Shown here: positions 1 through 9,913 of the stretch, in pieces
How the letters are laid out: each line of letters opens with the position of its first letter
Position numbering within the stretch: the first letter of the stretch is position 1
From: [Chlorobium] sp. 445
Lineage (GTDB): Bacteria; Bacteroidota; Chlorobiia; Chlorobiales; Thermochlorobacteraceae
Direction: 5' to 3'
DNA: 64,000 nucleotides
NCBI GenBank assembly: GCA_002763895.1
Contig: NSLH01000008.1
Coordinates: 12,914 to 76,913 of the forward strand
The notes under the pieces: generated by a model
The model's database searches: none
What the model saw: the letters and a program-made list of their open reading frames with translations, nothing else
What the model was told of the DNA's origin: nothing
Made by a program: the position numbers and the translations under genes

Positions 1-181
1 GCTGTGCCTCTCTGTATTCTTTAGAATCGACAGACTTGCCTTCACCGCGCTTGATTTTGCGCGTCAGTTCAATTTCATCTTGGGCAGTTAAAAGTTCGAA
101 CTTCCCAATCTCTTGCAGATATCGGTCGAGCGAAGCGCTCTCACGATTGGTGATTTGTCGGCTGATTTTCAGTTGTCTCAT
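1..181 (-). CDS. rpoD: RNA polymerase primary sigma factor RpoD/SigA, first ~60 codons (partial, continues off the left edge)
   Basis: Not in the ORF track. The reverse strand from the ATG (complement of 179-181) reads [51 protein letters not shown]... This matches the conserved N-terminus of Bacteroidota/Chlorobi-type primary sigma factors. Confidence 0.8.
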   Translation of the reverse strand, partial: MRQLKISRQITNRESASLDRYLQEIGKFELLTAQDEIELTRKIKRGEGKSVDSKEYREAQ

Positions 182-373
182 CTTCTTGTTAAAACGATTA
201 GGTTTACAATCGCCACTGTGCTTTTCTTCATGCTTTTTGCCGCCGAAGTGCAAAGGTGATTTCTACGGCGGCATTTCATCGTAAGATGCTCTAACGCACA
301 GGATGTGTGCGTGTTGCTTTACCTTTATGGCTAACGAGTGCAAACACTTTTTCTTAGCTTTTTCATTCCTTCT

Positions 374-2017
374 TCAAAAAATTTTTACCACGTTGCCGCC
401 TGAGAGCTTTGCATGCTCTAAGGCTTTCTGTGCATTGGCAACAAGCGTCTCGATTTCGGGCTCATTTTCACGGAGGCGGGCAATTCCGATACTCACGGTT
501 GCAATGATGTTCTTGAACTTATCTTCTGTCTCGAATGCGAAATTTAAGATTTGTTCGCGAATTTTCTCAGCCCAGAAACGTACATGGGTTTCGCTGATAC
601 CTGTAAGGCAGACAGCGTAACTGAGTTCGCCAAAGCGCGCAAGTAGGTCGTAACTGCGCGTATTGGCAGCAATAATTCTTGCTGCTTGTTGCATCATCAT
701 TGAAAGTGAAGTTGCGCCGTATCGGGCGCGTAGTGCGTCAGGATTATCAAACTCAATGAGAATCAATGCTAAGGCTTGTTGATGACGCAAGCAGCGGTTG
801 ATATCTGCGCTGAGTCGGGTATAGAAGGTTCGCAGTGAAAGTGTGCCTGTCTCTTCGTCAATTGGCGTCAGTGTGCGGCGCTGGTCATCGAGCAACAGTC
901 GGTGCAAGGCAAGTGCAAGCGTTTCAACAAAAAAGCGTGCCTTCCGGAAAAGTTCTGCGTTGAAATAACGCGTTTCTCTATGCTCCAGCGTAAGTACGCC
1001 CGCTGTAAGATCACCAAGACGAATCGGGAGAATCAACATAGAGCCTTGCTTTGCCGTTGCACTCGATGCTGAGGTGCTGATGGTTTCCCCGACATAAAAA
1101 CGCGGGGTTTCGCCAAGTTGTGACAGATCGTCAATTGCACCGTAGTTTCCTTTGGTTACCGCATGTCCCACAGCCGAGCGCTCAAGATCAATAGCCTGCC
1201 CTTCGGCAATGTATTGAGATTTACTGATAGATTTTCTTACAATCAGTTCAGACTTGCGATTGAGTAACGCAAGTGCTAAGTGGTCAAAGTCTATGGCTTG
1301 TGAGACACTCTCGCAGAAACGCTGCAAGATGTCATTCAGATCGAGTGTGCGGTAGAGGCCATGCGTTAGAAACTGCGCTGCGTCTGCAAATCGTGTGCTT
1401 TCAATGTAGCTTGATTTGAGGTCATATTTTTCAATAAAGGCAGAGCAGAGCCTACCGAATCGGCTAAGCAGATGTACATCGTCGTGTCCAAATGCACCTT
1501 TTACAAGGCTATCGGCAAATAGCACGCCCAAGATGTCATCGCGGTAGAAGACTGGCACGCCCATAAAGGCTTTGATGGTGTTAGGTGCTTGATAGTACGG
1601 CACGAGCGCAGGCTCATCGCTTGGGCTGATTTCAGTGTAGAGTTGCGCTTTTTGCGCAATGACAATTTGTGTTACAGCATCACTCTGAAACGCCCAGGAT
1701 TTTTCCTGTGTGAAGTTTTCCGAATCCGTTTGTACTGCCGAGACGATAAATTTTTTTTTGGCTCGATTTACCCAGCAGAAGGCTACAGTACGTGCTTGAA
1801 CTGTTTCTTTGATAATGGCTAAAATTTCAGAGAGCGCCGCACCAATTTCTTCATTGAGCGACCCTGCACTCTGCGGCATACTTTCAAGTGGCTGGTCAGG
1901 GAAACTTTCAAGCTCGACTTTAACTGTTTTTGATGCCGCCTCAGGTCTATACTTGCGCACGTTGATAACGCCTTCACTGTCGTCGAGAGGTGACTTGAAA
2001 ATTTCTCGTGGGTTCAA
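374..2017 (-). CDS. GAF-domain signalling protein with a C-terminal degenerate GGDEF domain
   Basis: 547-aa ORF. The C-terminal ~170 aa follow the GGDEF fold (TGTLSLRTFYTRL, LILIEFDN, VSIGIA, ALEHAKLSGGN). The GG[DE]EF site reads GELSY, while an RxxD (RSYD) sits 5 residues upstream. The N-terminal two thirds look GAF-like. Confidence 0.8.
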   Translation of the reverse strand: MNPREIFKSPLDDSEGVINVRKYRPEAASKTVKVELESFPDQPLESMPQSAGSLNEEIGAALSEILAIIKETVQARTVAFCWVNRAKKKFIVSAVQTDSENFTQEKSWAFQSDAVTQIVIAQKAQLYTEISPSDEPALVPYYQAPNTIKAFMGVPVFYRDDILGVLFADSLVKGAFGHDDVHLLSRFGRLCSAFIEKYDLKSSYIESTRFADAAQFLTHGLYRTLDLNDILQRFCESVSQAIDFDHLALALLNRKSELIVRKSISKSQYIAEGQAIDLERSAVGHAVTKGNYGAIDDLSQLGETPRFYVGETISTSASSATAKQGSMLILPIRLGDLTAGVLTLEHRETRYFNAELFRKARFFVETLALALHRLLLDDQRRTLTPIDEETGTLSLRTFYTRLSADINRCLRHQQALALILIEFDNPDALRARYGATSLSMMMQQAARIIAANTRSYDLLARFGELSYAVCLTGISETHVRFWAEKIREQILNFAFETEDKFKNIIATVSIGIARLRENEPEIETLVANAQKALEHAKLSGGNVVKIF

Positions 2018-2314
2018 GTTCGAACACTAATTTGATTAGACAATAGCGACATACTTTTGCAAAGATATGCCAAAAAGCGGTTTGGACAAGATTACATAAA
2101 GCCGATTTGGACGGTGAATTTTTTTTTGAAATACCAATTCACATGTGCTAAATTCACAGTAGCAGTAAGGCAAAAGACAGTGCAGTACACAAGGCAGGCG
2201 CACTTATGCGCACAAACGATTTGACTCGGCGGCTCTCGCCAATCATCTCGTTTCAAAGCTGCAAGTTTTGAATGACTCTTGTTTCGCTAACCTTAATCGC
2301 AAAGGAGAAAAACT

Positions 2315-3154
2315 ATGGCTGTAAATGCAACGGGAGCGGACGCTATCCGCGTTTTGCCAACCGCACTCGCCTATCACTTTACACTGCCACACACGATTGA
2401 ATTCCTGCCTGAAGTCAGCGAATCACTCGGCATGAAGGTAGAAATCAAAGACACAGGCAGAAACGCCTTCGAGATGTTTGGCGATTACATCAGTGGGAAA
2501 TTAAAATATGAACATATTGACGATCCTGCCCAGCGCCGCATGAACGACTGGCTGACAGCATGGATTGTACTCAGCACCAGTTGGCCCTACATCCCAATTT
2601 TAGGTATTTATCGCGGCTTCAAACTCGGGGCTGATTTCGTTAAGAATGGTGATGAATCGCAAAAGTGGGTGGCTGGTGTTCTGTCTCTGATTCTCACTGC
2701 ACCGCTCAACGTGTTGATGGGCTTATACGAAGCTGCCAATTTCACCTCTGCGCGTATTCGCGAAAAAGGCATTGACAAAGCCTTCCTCGCTATGGCAGAC
2801 CAAGTGCCAGAAGTGCTGGGTGCTGGCTTCGACAAGTCCGAAAAAGAATTCAAACCCGATGCCTTCGTCGATGGCGCTACTAAAGCCGTTACCAACGTGA
2901 TGATGACGCCGTTCCTGCCTCTGATGGGCACCTACCGCGTTACAGCACTTATTAGCGATCTTACGCACAAAGATCGCCTTACGCAATTTATCACGATGCT
3001 TATTGGAGCACCTATTTTAGCGACCATCACGCTGCCTTATTTCGCTATCGTACAATCTGGTGATGTTGCCAGAACCATCGTCGATAAGTCGGGTCTGGCT
3101 GGCTGGATTGCTAAGAGCCTGAGCAGCGCGTCGGATGCGGTGAAATCAAAATAA
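2315..3154 (+). CDS. hypothetical membrane protein with internal repeats
   Basis: 279-aa ORF preceded by AAAGGAG 7 nt upstream and followed by a strong terminator. It has four hydrophobic segments with a recurring P-x-h-P-h-h-G-x-Y motif (PYIPILGIYRG, PLNVLMGLYEA, PFLPLMGTYRV). I recognise no family. Confidence 0.6.
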   Translation: MAVNATGADAIRVLPTALAYHFTLPHTIEFLPEVSESLGMKVEIKDTGRNAFEMFGDYISGKLKYEHIDDPAQRRMNDWLTAWIVLSTSWPYIPILGIYRGFKLGADFVKNGDESQKWVAGVLSLILTAPLNVLMGLYEAANFTSARIREKGIDKAFLAMADQVPEVLGAGFDKSEKEFKPDAFVDGATKAVTNVMMTPFLPLMGTYRVTALISDLTHKDRLTQFITMLIGAPILATITLPYFAIVQSGDVARTIVDKSGLAGWIAKSLSSASDAVKSK

Positions 3155-3223
3155 CGTCTAACCAAGAAGTATAGCGGTTAGCACGCTCGAGCAAGCAAAT
3201 GCCCAATTGTGCTATGCTTGCCC

Positions 3224-3254
3224 AAAAGCCCTGTTGAAACAGGGCTTTTTTATT
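3224..3254. terminator. bidirectional rho-independent terminator
   Basis: Stem AAAGCCCTG / CAGGGCTTT with loop TTGAAA, a T-run downstream on the + strand and an A-run upstream. It lies between the convergent genes ending at 3154 (+) and 3275 (-). Confidence 0.85.
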
Positions 3255-3274
3255 TACCTACTTGCCACGACCAT

Positions 3275-4015
3275 TTAGTATAACACTCGCCCGCCGTCAA
3301 CGGTTACGACTTGCCCCGTCATATACTCACTTTCCACAAGGAACAGCATTGCTTTGACAACCTCATCGGGCGTCCCTAATCGTTTGAGTGGGATTTTTTG
3401 GAGAATCTCACGCTCATATGGCTTGTCGCGCTCAGGGTGCAGGAGCATGGTACCCGGCGCGATTGCATTGACAAGAATTTTCGGGGCAAATTCTTTTGCA
3501 AATATCTTGGTCAGATGTACGATGCCTGCTTTTGAGACCGTGTATGGTGCATAGCGTCGCCACACCAATTCTGCCGCTACATCTGCCATCGTAATCATGC
3601 GGGCATTGAAAGGCTGCTTCATCATAATGCGTGCCGCATATTGCATGGTAAAGAATGTCCCTTTGAGGTTAGTATCGACCAGCGTGTCCCAATCTTTTTC
3701 GCTGACATGAGGCAAGGGTGTTGGGAAAAAGTTTGATGCGTTGGCGATGCAGAGATCGAGGCGGGAGAATCGGCGCTCAAAAAATTTGAATGCGTTTTCA
3801 ATAGAGCGCACTTTGGCAATATCGCAGCGCACCATTTGCGATTTTGGCGAATGCTGGCGTAAGGCTTTGAGCGTTTCTCGCGCTTCTGCAAGTGAAGCAC
3901 GATAGGTAAAGCAAATAGCATAGCCACGCTGTGCTAGCGCCAGCGCCATAGCTTTGCCAAGACGTCCAGCTGCACCTGTGATAAAACAGACTTTTTCTGC
4001 TGACGCTTCTTGCAT
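3275..4015 (-). CDS. SDR-family oxidoreductase (short-chain dehydrogenase/reductase)
   Basis: 246 aa. Rossmann motif ITGAAGRLG, catalytic YTVSK (YxxxK), C-terminal VTVDGG. Confidence 0.85.
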   Translation of the reverse strand: MQEASAEKVCFITGAAGRLGKAMALALAQRGYAICFTYRASLAEARETLKALRQHSPKSQMVRCDIAKVRSIENAFKFFERRFSRLDLCIANASNFFPTPLPHVSEKDWDTLVDTNLKGTFFTMQYAARIMMKQPFNARMITMADVAAELVWRRYAPYTVSKAGIVHLTKIFAKEFAPKILVNAIAPGTMLLHPERDKPYEREILQKIPLKRLGTPDEVVKAMLFLVESEYMTGQVVTVDGGRVLY

Positions 4016-5301
4016 TCAGAAAAAGATAAATTGTACAATCAGGAAAATCGGCAGTAAGACTAACAGCGAGAATTTATAGATGTATGCAAAAAATCTGGCA
4101 TCTTTACGCCGTTTTCTTCGGCGACGGCTTTGACCATAAAGTTTGGTCCATTGCCGATGTAAGTCAGGCTGCCGAAGAATACTGCCGATACTGAGATAGC
4201 TTTTAGAATCTCATCAGGTACGCCTGCAATCATCTGTGGCGTGTTGAGAGCAAGACCCACTGCAAGTGAGTAAAACGTAAGTGCCGTCGGTGTATTGTCC
4301 AGCACTGCACTTAGCGCGCCTGTTGCGTAGTAGAATTGCGGAGCGTTGCTTACCCCCAGCGATTGCGCATTTGCCTCGAGATACATCACACACGGCACCA
4401 TCGTGATAAAAATGCCCAGAAAGAGATAGGCCACTTCTTCAATTGGCGCCCAAGTAAAGTTATTGCCTTCGCGCACCTCGTTAGGTGTCGTGTAAAGTGA
4501 GAGTGCAGCTAGTCCTGCAATAATTGCTTCACGCACAAACTTGGCGGCTGGCAATTCCTTGAAGGCTGGAATGTACTGCTCATTGAGGAAGGCAACTGAC
4601 AAAATGACACCAAGTAGCCACACAAAATTTAGTGTCCCCCGAATGCGAATTGGGGTAATTTCCGTGATGTCGCGCTTGATAGCTTCAATTGGTTCTTTGT
4701 CATAGAAATAGGTATCGACGCTGAAATAAATCACTAACAAAAGCAGATTGACCATCGCCCACTGCGGCAAAAGCTCTAAGAACCACTCAAATGGGACACC
4801 ACGCAAATAAAGAATGAAGAGCGGCGGATCACCCAGCGGCGTCAGTAAGCCTCCACAGTTAGCTACTGCACCAATGAAAAACAGCACGGTATGGACTTTG
4901 AAGATTCGCTCCTTGTTGGTTTGCAGAACTGGACGAATGAGCAGCGTTGCTGCACCAGTCGTGCCAATAAACGAGGCAAGGACGGCACCAATTGCCAGAA
5001 AAGTGGTGTTAATGAGGGGTTTGGCTTCAATGTCACCCGTTACTCGAATGCCGCCTGTAATCACAAACAGCGAACCCAAGAGCACCACAAAAGGCACATA
5101 GTCAAAAATCAGGGCATGCTCTAATTCATGCCAATGACCTGCAGCAACAAGCCAAATCGCTATCGGCACAGATAGCGCAATCGCAATAATGAGTTTATTT
5201 CGGTTGTGCTCCCACCAGTGATTCAAGGTCAAGGGAAAGACAGCAATTGCACCTAACATCAGCACAAATGGCGTCAGTGACCAAACAGGAATGCTGTGCA
5301 T
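4016..5301 (-). pseudogene. NhaD/ArsB-type ion transporter (sodium:proton antiporter family), frameshifted near the 3' end
   Basis: The track ORF 4060-5301 (413 aa, polytopic) ends ...GVKMPDFLHTSINSRC*. Adding one base to the A6 run at 4088-4093 gives ...MPDFFAYIYKFSLLVLLPIFLIVQFIFF*, a final TM helix. The new stop (4016-4018) directly abuts the SDR start codon (TGAATG). Confidence 0.75.
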
Positions 5302-5541
5302 GGTTATTCATTTGGAGATTTAGCTTGAAGGAATTTTGCGATAACGTAATTCAGCGCAACTATTCTTGCAACGCACTTCACAAAATTTAATCTTCTTGAA
5401 ATGAGAAACTTTTGAATGTGTTTTACGTTACCTTGAGGACTATCACGTCTTGACTTACACTTTCGGAAGAGACTTGCGCTACTTCAATGCAAAACGGAAG
5501 CATTGAGCGCAGGTTAGCCAGAGCTATGTTTTTTGAAAAAC

Positions 5542-5988
5542 TTATTTTACGAACTCTTTTTCCTCTTGCTTGACCACGAGAATCGGAAGTTTTGCTTGGC
5601 GCATCACAGCTTCGGTAACACTGCCTAACAACAGTCGAGTTAATCCCGTTCTACCATGCGAGCCCATAATCAAAATATCTGCATCCTCTTGCTCTGCTAC
5701 CTTGATAATCGTATCTGGCGCAATGCCGATTTTGACAAGTTGCTTTACTGTTAGCGTGCTCGGGCATTCTTTATTTGCAATTGCTGCCAACTCCTCTTTG
5801 GCATTGCGTTCTAACTCGGCTTCAGAGACATACGGGACGGTTTCTGCTGTCATCGTAATCGGTTCAACCACATGCAAAAGAATGATCTCTGCATTCATGG
5901 CACAGGCAAATTCTTTCGCATAGCGTATGGCATTGTGAGAGACTTCAGAGAAATCTACAGGACAGAGAATTTTTTTGATAGAGATCAT
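5542..5988 (-). CDS. universal stress protein (UspA family)
   Basis: 148 aa. KILCPVDFSE at the N-terminus and GSHGRTGLTRLLLGSV, the ATP-binding motif typical of the Usp family. Confidence 0.85.
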   Translation of the reverse strand: MISIKKILCPVDFSEVSHNAIRYAKEFACAMNAEIILLHVVEPITMTAETVPYVSEAELERNAKEELAAIANKECPSTLTVKQLVKIGIAPDTIIKVAEQEDADILIMGSHGRTGLTRLLLGSVTEAVMRQAKLPILVVKQEEKEFVK

Positions 5989-6074
5989 AGGATTCCCTTT
6001 TTACAAATTGAATGGCAATAAAAATATGCGATAATCTTTTGCGCTCTCCAAAAGTTTTGTCTGTGCCAAGTGTC

Positions 6075-6455
6075 CTAATCGTGCGTCTTGTCAAATGCTT
6101 CTTGCTCAAAGCGGTTGTCGTAGTATGGATGTTTTGCACAGAGCCAAGCCACAAGCGATGATAATAAATAAGCCGGAATGAAAAATATCCCCCACGCTTC
6201 ATACTGACGGATATGGACATGCTCATGTTGGCGAGAGGCTTGAAGTGCATCTTTGTTGCGACCTAAAATAACATGTCCAATTGTCATGGCGTTAGCACGG
6301 CATAGTTTTAGCCAAGCAGATACCAGACCGCCATGGACTTCGAGCGCGCCTTGCACCACTTGTGCGCCGCCACCTGAACAGTATGCAAGCGGCACAAACG
6401 TCAGCCCTAACAGCGTAGAAGGAAATGTCCATAGATACTTGAGAATAGCCATCAT
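6075..6455 (-). CDS. small membrane protein with an HExxH motif (unknown function)
   Basis: 126 aa with hydrophobic N- and C-terminal segments and a central [14 protein letters not shown]. Its start overlaps the stop of the upstream transketolase subunit in ATGA (6452-6455). Confidence 0.6.
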   Translation of the reverse strand: MMAILKYLWTFPSTLLGLTFVPLAYCSGGGAQVVQGALEVHGGLVSAWLKLCRANAMTIGHVILGRNKDALQASRQHEHVHIRQYEAWGIFFIPAYLLSSLVAWLCAKHPYYDNRFEQEAFDKTHD

Positions 6456-7420
6456 AACGCCGCCATCGCTTTGCGTTTCAAAGCAGACTTTACTTTTTCA
6501 ACGATGCGTTCGGCTGTCAGACCGTATTTTTCCAGCAGTTGCAGATGTGTGCCCGACTCGCCAAAGCTATCCATCACGGCTACCATTTCGACGGGCGCCG
6601 GGAAATGACGCACCACCACGTTTGCCACAGCATCACCCAGTCCGCCATTGATTTGGTGTTCTTCGGCAGTTACAATTGCACCTGTCTCTCTTGCCGCTTT
6701 GAGAATTGCTGATTCATCGAGCGGTTTAATGGTGTGCATGTTGAGCACACGTGCCGAGATACCTTCTGCTTCAAGTTGTTCGGCTGCCTGCAGTGCGCGC
6801 CAGACCATGACGCCACAAGCAATAATCGTAACATCACTACCTTCGCAGAGCTCAATTGCCTTGCCCAGTTCAAATGGCTTGTCTTCAGTTGAAAAATCAG
6901 GTAAAGCCGGTCGGCTAAATCGCAGATATACGGGACCTTTGTACCGTGCAATGGCATGCACAGCGCGTTTCGTTTCGCTATAATCGCAGGGGACAACCAC
7001 GGTCATATTTGGCAGTGAGCGCATCAGTGCAATATCTTCGAGAATTTGGTGTGTTGCACCATCTTCGCCGAGTGTCAGACCAGAGTGCGAAGCACAAATT
7101 TTGACATTCATTTCGGAGTAGCAGACCGACTGACGAATTTGGTCGAAACTGCGTCCTGCTGCAAAATTGGCAAAGGTGCCCACGAAGGGAATCTTGCCTG
7201 CAAGTGCAAGTCCTGCACCAATGGAAATCATGTTAGCTTCGGCAATACCTGTATTGAAGAAGCGATGTGGGAAGGCTTTTTCAAACTTTTTCATTTGCAA
7301 TGATTCCGTAAGGTCGGCACATAGTGCCACGATACGGTCATCTTGGCTACCAATTTCTAGGAGTGCTTCGCCAAACCCCGCGCGCGTGGCTTTGTCGCCC
7401 CTTGATTCGTATCGCTTCAT
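6452..7420 (-). CDS. transketolase, C-terminal (pyrimidine-binding) subunit of a split transketolase
   Basis: 322 aa. [14 protein letters not shown]...[20 protein letters not shown]...GEDGATHQ, typical of the Pyr and C-terminal domains. No N-terminal TPP subunit is adjacent. Confidence 0.85.
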   Translation of the reverse strand: MKRYESRGDKATRAGFGEALLEIGSQDDRIVALCADLTESLQMKKFEKAFPHRFFNTGIAEANMISIGAGLALAGKIPFVGTFANFAAGRSFDQIRQSVCYSEMNVKICASHSGLTLGEDGATHQILEDIALMRSLPNMTVVVPCDYSETKRAVHAIARYKGPVYLRFSRPALPDFSTEDKPFELGKAIELCEGSDVTIIACGVMVWRALQAAEQLEAEGISARVLNMHTIKPLDESAILKAARETGAIVTAEEHQINGGLGDAVANVVVRHFPAPVEMVAVMDSFGESGTHLQLLEKYGLTAERIVEKVKSALKRKAMAAL

Positions 7421-7602
7421 GTGTTGGGCTACTTGATTTTATTTTGTTGTCAGGGTTCATTCCGAATACTGTGCCTCGAGTATCTTTTTCAAAGAAGCAA
7501 GTTAGAAAGACAGGCATGAGAAAGCCACTTTTTAACCTTTGTACACAAGACGTTGATATCTTGCACCTTGTGCGACCATCATATCATCTTAACCTAACTA
7601 CA

Positions 7603-8476
7603 TTACTTTAGCTCAAACTTTACAGGCACAATCAGTGAGCTTGAGACAGGTTTGCCGTTCATTGTAGCCGGTTTGTAGGTTACTTCTTCGGTCAGTGTGC
7701 GGAAGACTTCTTCATTAAAGACCTCGTGAGCCGTTTTCAGCAATTGAATTTTTGCCACATTGCCTTCACTGTCGATATAGACTTTTGCAACTACCTGTCC
7801 TTGCAATTTTTGCCGACGTGCAAAATCTGGATACTTCAAGTTTTTTATAGACTGACGCAATTCCTCCCACGACCTCTGCAGGCGACATTGATTCTAATGC
7901 AGAAACATCTGCATCGGAGAGCAACTGAGATGCTGCTTGAACGGCTTGCTCTGCAGCTTTTTCATCTTCTGACTTTTCAGCTACAGCTGGCTGAGTCGGT
8001 TTAGATTCTTCAGGCTTTTCTGTGGGCTTTTGCTCAGAGCGCCTAGGTTCTGTGGGTTTCGTGTCAGCTAGTTTAGGTTCAGTTGGTTTTGATGTCTCTT
8101 TCTTTGGCTGCGCTGCAGCAACCTGTTTTTCATCACTGCCAATGCGAATATCGAGCCGATTGGTCGTACCAGCGCTCACATTTACTTGCCCTTTCCAATT
8201 TGCTAACCCTTTCTTGCTTGCTTTGATACTGTATTCTCCGGGCGGGATATTGAGAAAGACATAGTAGCCTTGTGCGTTAGAGAACGCCGCTTCAGTTGCC
8301 GATGCGCCTGAAACTGCTACTAAAACGGCTGGCAATGGATTGCCACCATCATCCGTTACACGACCAATCAACTTACCTTGCTGCGCGAACGTCGTCGCCG
8401 TTGTCAACAGCCAAAGGTAGAGCAGGCAAACAGATTTCTTGAGCATATGTTGAGTTGGGTTTCTGGGTATTTGCAT
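7603..8476 (-). pseudogene. secreted CarboxypepD_reg-like domain / Pro-Lys-Glu linker / TonB C-terminal domain protein, frameshifted
   Basis: ORF 7766-8476 carries a signal peptide (LLTTATTFAQQ), a CarboxypepD_reg-like segment (GRVTDDGGNPLPAVLVAVSG...GYYVFLNIPPGEYSI) and a KPTEP-rich linker. ORF 7603-7860 in another frame is a TonB_C domain (YPDFARRQKLQGQVVAKVYIDSEGNV...PATMNGKPV). The two overlap by 95 nt, and the T6 run at 7841-7846 is the likely indel site. Confidence 0.7.
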
Positions 8477-8511
8477 GTTTTCGAAGTCTAAATTGACAAA
8501 AAAAGTTTTTC

Positions 8512-9882
8512 TTAAATCTCTTCTACGACGACCTGCGGTGCAATTTTGCTCTTGTCAATTAGCGCTGGGAAATAAGCAATCACCTCTGACGGCTTTGGAC
8601 GACCGCCTGCAAAGCCTGTTACGCTTGGCGGACCTGTCAGAATCAATGGCGCAATTTCGTAGCCAAACCGTTCGACAGCTTTTTTATCGTGGCTACGCAC
8701 CCCGACGCGCAATTGCACTTCATTGACATGCTCCAGCGACTCTAAATGTTGATGACAGGCATTTGCACCGACAAACTCCGTATGAATTTCATCAAACACT
8801 AACCCCAAATTTTTCAACCTCGCACGCAGAATCTCATCGGCACGTTTTGCTTTTTTGAGCGCATCCGGAAACGCGTAGGTCAAACTGCCAAAGGCTACCC
8901 AACCATCAGCATAAGATATTGAGACCTTGTAAAACGCTGTTGCAGGTTTGCCTTTCACACCAAAGACCTTGACACGATCTTTGCCGGCATCTTCCAAGTG
9001 AATCGTTGTGAAATCGGCAACACCATCGGGCGTGATGTATTCAGCAGGATTACCAATCTCATAGCATAGCTGTTCTTTAATTACGGCTTGATTGATTAGT
9101 CCACCTGTACCCTCATGCTTCATAATGAAACATGTGCCATCGGCATGCATTTCTGCAATAGGGAAACCAATGTTTTCAAGGTTTGGCACACTTTCCCAGT
9201 CGCCAAGAAAATTGCCGCCACTGGCTTGTGCACCACATTCCAAAATGTGTCCTGCTACGGTGCCTGCTGCCAGCAAATCCCAGTCGGTTTCTTTCCAACC
9301 AAACTCGTATATCATCGGTGCAAGTGTCAGTCCCGTGTCTGTGCAGCGACCTGTTATCACAATCTGCGCGTCTTGGCACAACGCCTGTGCAATCGGCTGC
9401 GCACCAAAATAGACATTTGCACTAAGCACTCGGTCTCGAATCGCAGAAAGTGGCTCGCCAGTTTCCATGTTGCGCAACTCCTCGCCCGAAGCTAGCAGTG
9501 CATCAAGCCTATCCATAATATCATCACCCATCACTACCCCAACTTTTAACCCCTTGATACCAAGCTTCTTTGCTACTTCAAAAACCTTATCACGGCATGC
9601 CAGCGGATTTACACCGCCTGCATTGGTGATCACTTTGATGTTTTTTTCCAAAAGCTCAGGCAAAATTTGTGCAAGTAAGTCAGGGAAATCGCGTGCATAG
9701 CCCAGCGTTGGGTCTTTCTGACGCTGCTTTTGCATGATGCTCATTGTTACTTCGGCAAGGTAGTCGAGCATCATGTAATCAATGGCGGTGTCGCCCTTGG
9801 AGAGCCGAACTTGATCGAGTGGTGCACGCTGCAAATCTCCCCAAAACCCCTGTCCAGACGCAATTCGAATGTATGGCTTCAC
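8512..9882 (-). CDS. AtuA-like (DUF1446) acyclic terpene utilisation family protein
   Basis: 456 aa. N-terminus [12 protein letters not shown] and overall length are typical of DUF1446/AtuA. Confidence 0.7.
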   Translation of the reverse strand: MKPYIRIASGQGFWGDLQRAPLDQVRLSKGDTAIDYMMLDYLAEVTMSIMQKQRQKDPTLGYARDFPDLLAQILPELLEKNIKVITNAGGVNPLACRDKVFEVAKKLGIKGLKVGVVMGDDIMDRLDALLASGEELRNMETGEPLSAIRDRVLSANVYFGAQPIAQALCQDAQIVITGRCTDTGLTLAPMIYEFGWKETDWDLLAAGTVAGHILECGAQASGGNFLGDWESVPNLENIGFPIAEMHADGTCFIMKHEGTGGLINQAVIKEQLCYEIGNPAEYITPDGVADFTTIHLEDAGKDRVKVFGVKGKPATAFYKVSISYADGWVAFGSLTYAFPDALKKAKRADEILRARLKNLGLVFDEIHTEFVGANACHQHLESLEHVNEVQLRVGVRSHDKKAVERFGYEIAPLILTGPPSVTGFAGGRPKPSEVIAYFPALIDKSKIAPQVVVEEI

Positions 9883-9913
9883 AAGTGTGTGGTTTCAATT
9901 TCGAAGGTCGAAT

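Noticed and set aside
2010-2025. GGGTTCAAGTTCGAAC, reminiscent of a tRNA T-arm
   Set aside because: It lies inside the first codons of the GAF/GGDEF gene (MNPREIF on the complement). No acceptor stem, D-arm or anticodon arm can be folded around it.
5945-6250. 101-aa ORF overlapping the USP start and the small HExxH protein gene
   Set aside because: It overlaps two better-supported genes in another frame and has an Arg/Lys/Ser-rich, non-protein-like composition.
7841-7846. Programmed ribosomal frameshifting at A-rich slippery runs (here and at 31080-31087, 55169-55175, 61299-61304)
   Set aside because: The breaks need both +1 and -1 corrections and occur in unrelated gene families with no known recoding. 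They also occur at C/G runs, and I saw no downstream stimulatory structures. Homopolymer length error is simpler.
7990-8110. Repetitive DNA considered as a tandem repeat or mini-array
   Set aside because: It is the in-frame coding sequence for the KPTEP/KPTE-rich Pro-Lys-Glu spacer of the TonB_C fusion protein. The copies are imperfect and there is no spacer structure.
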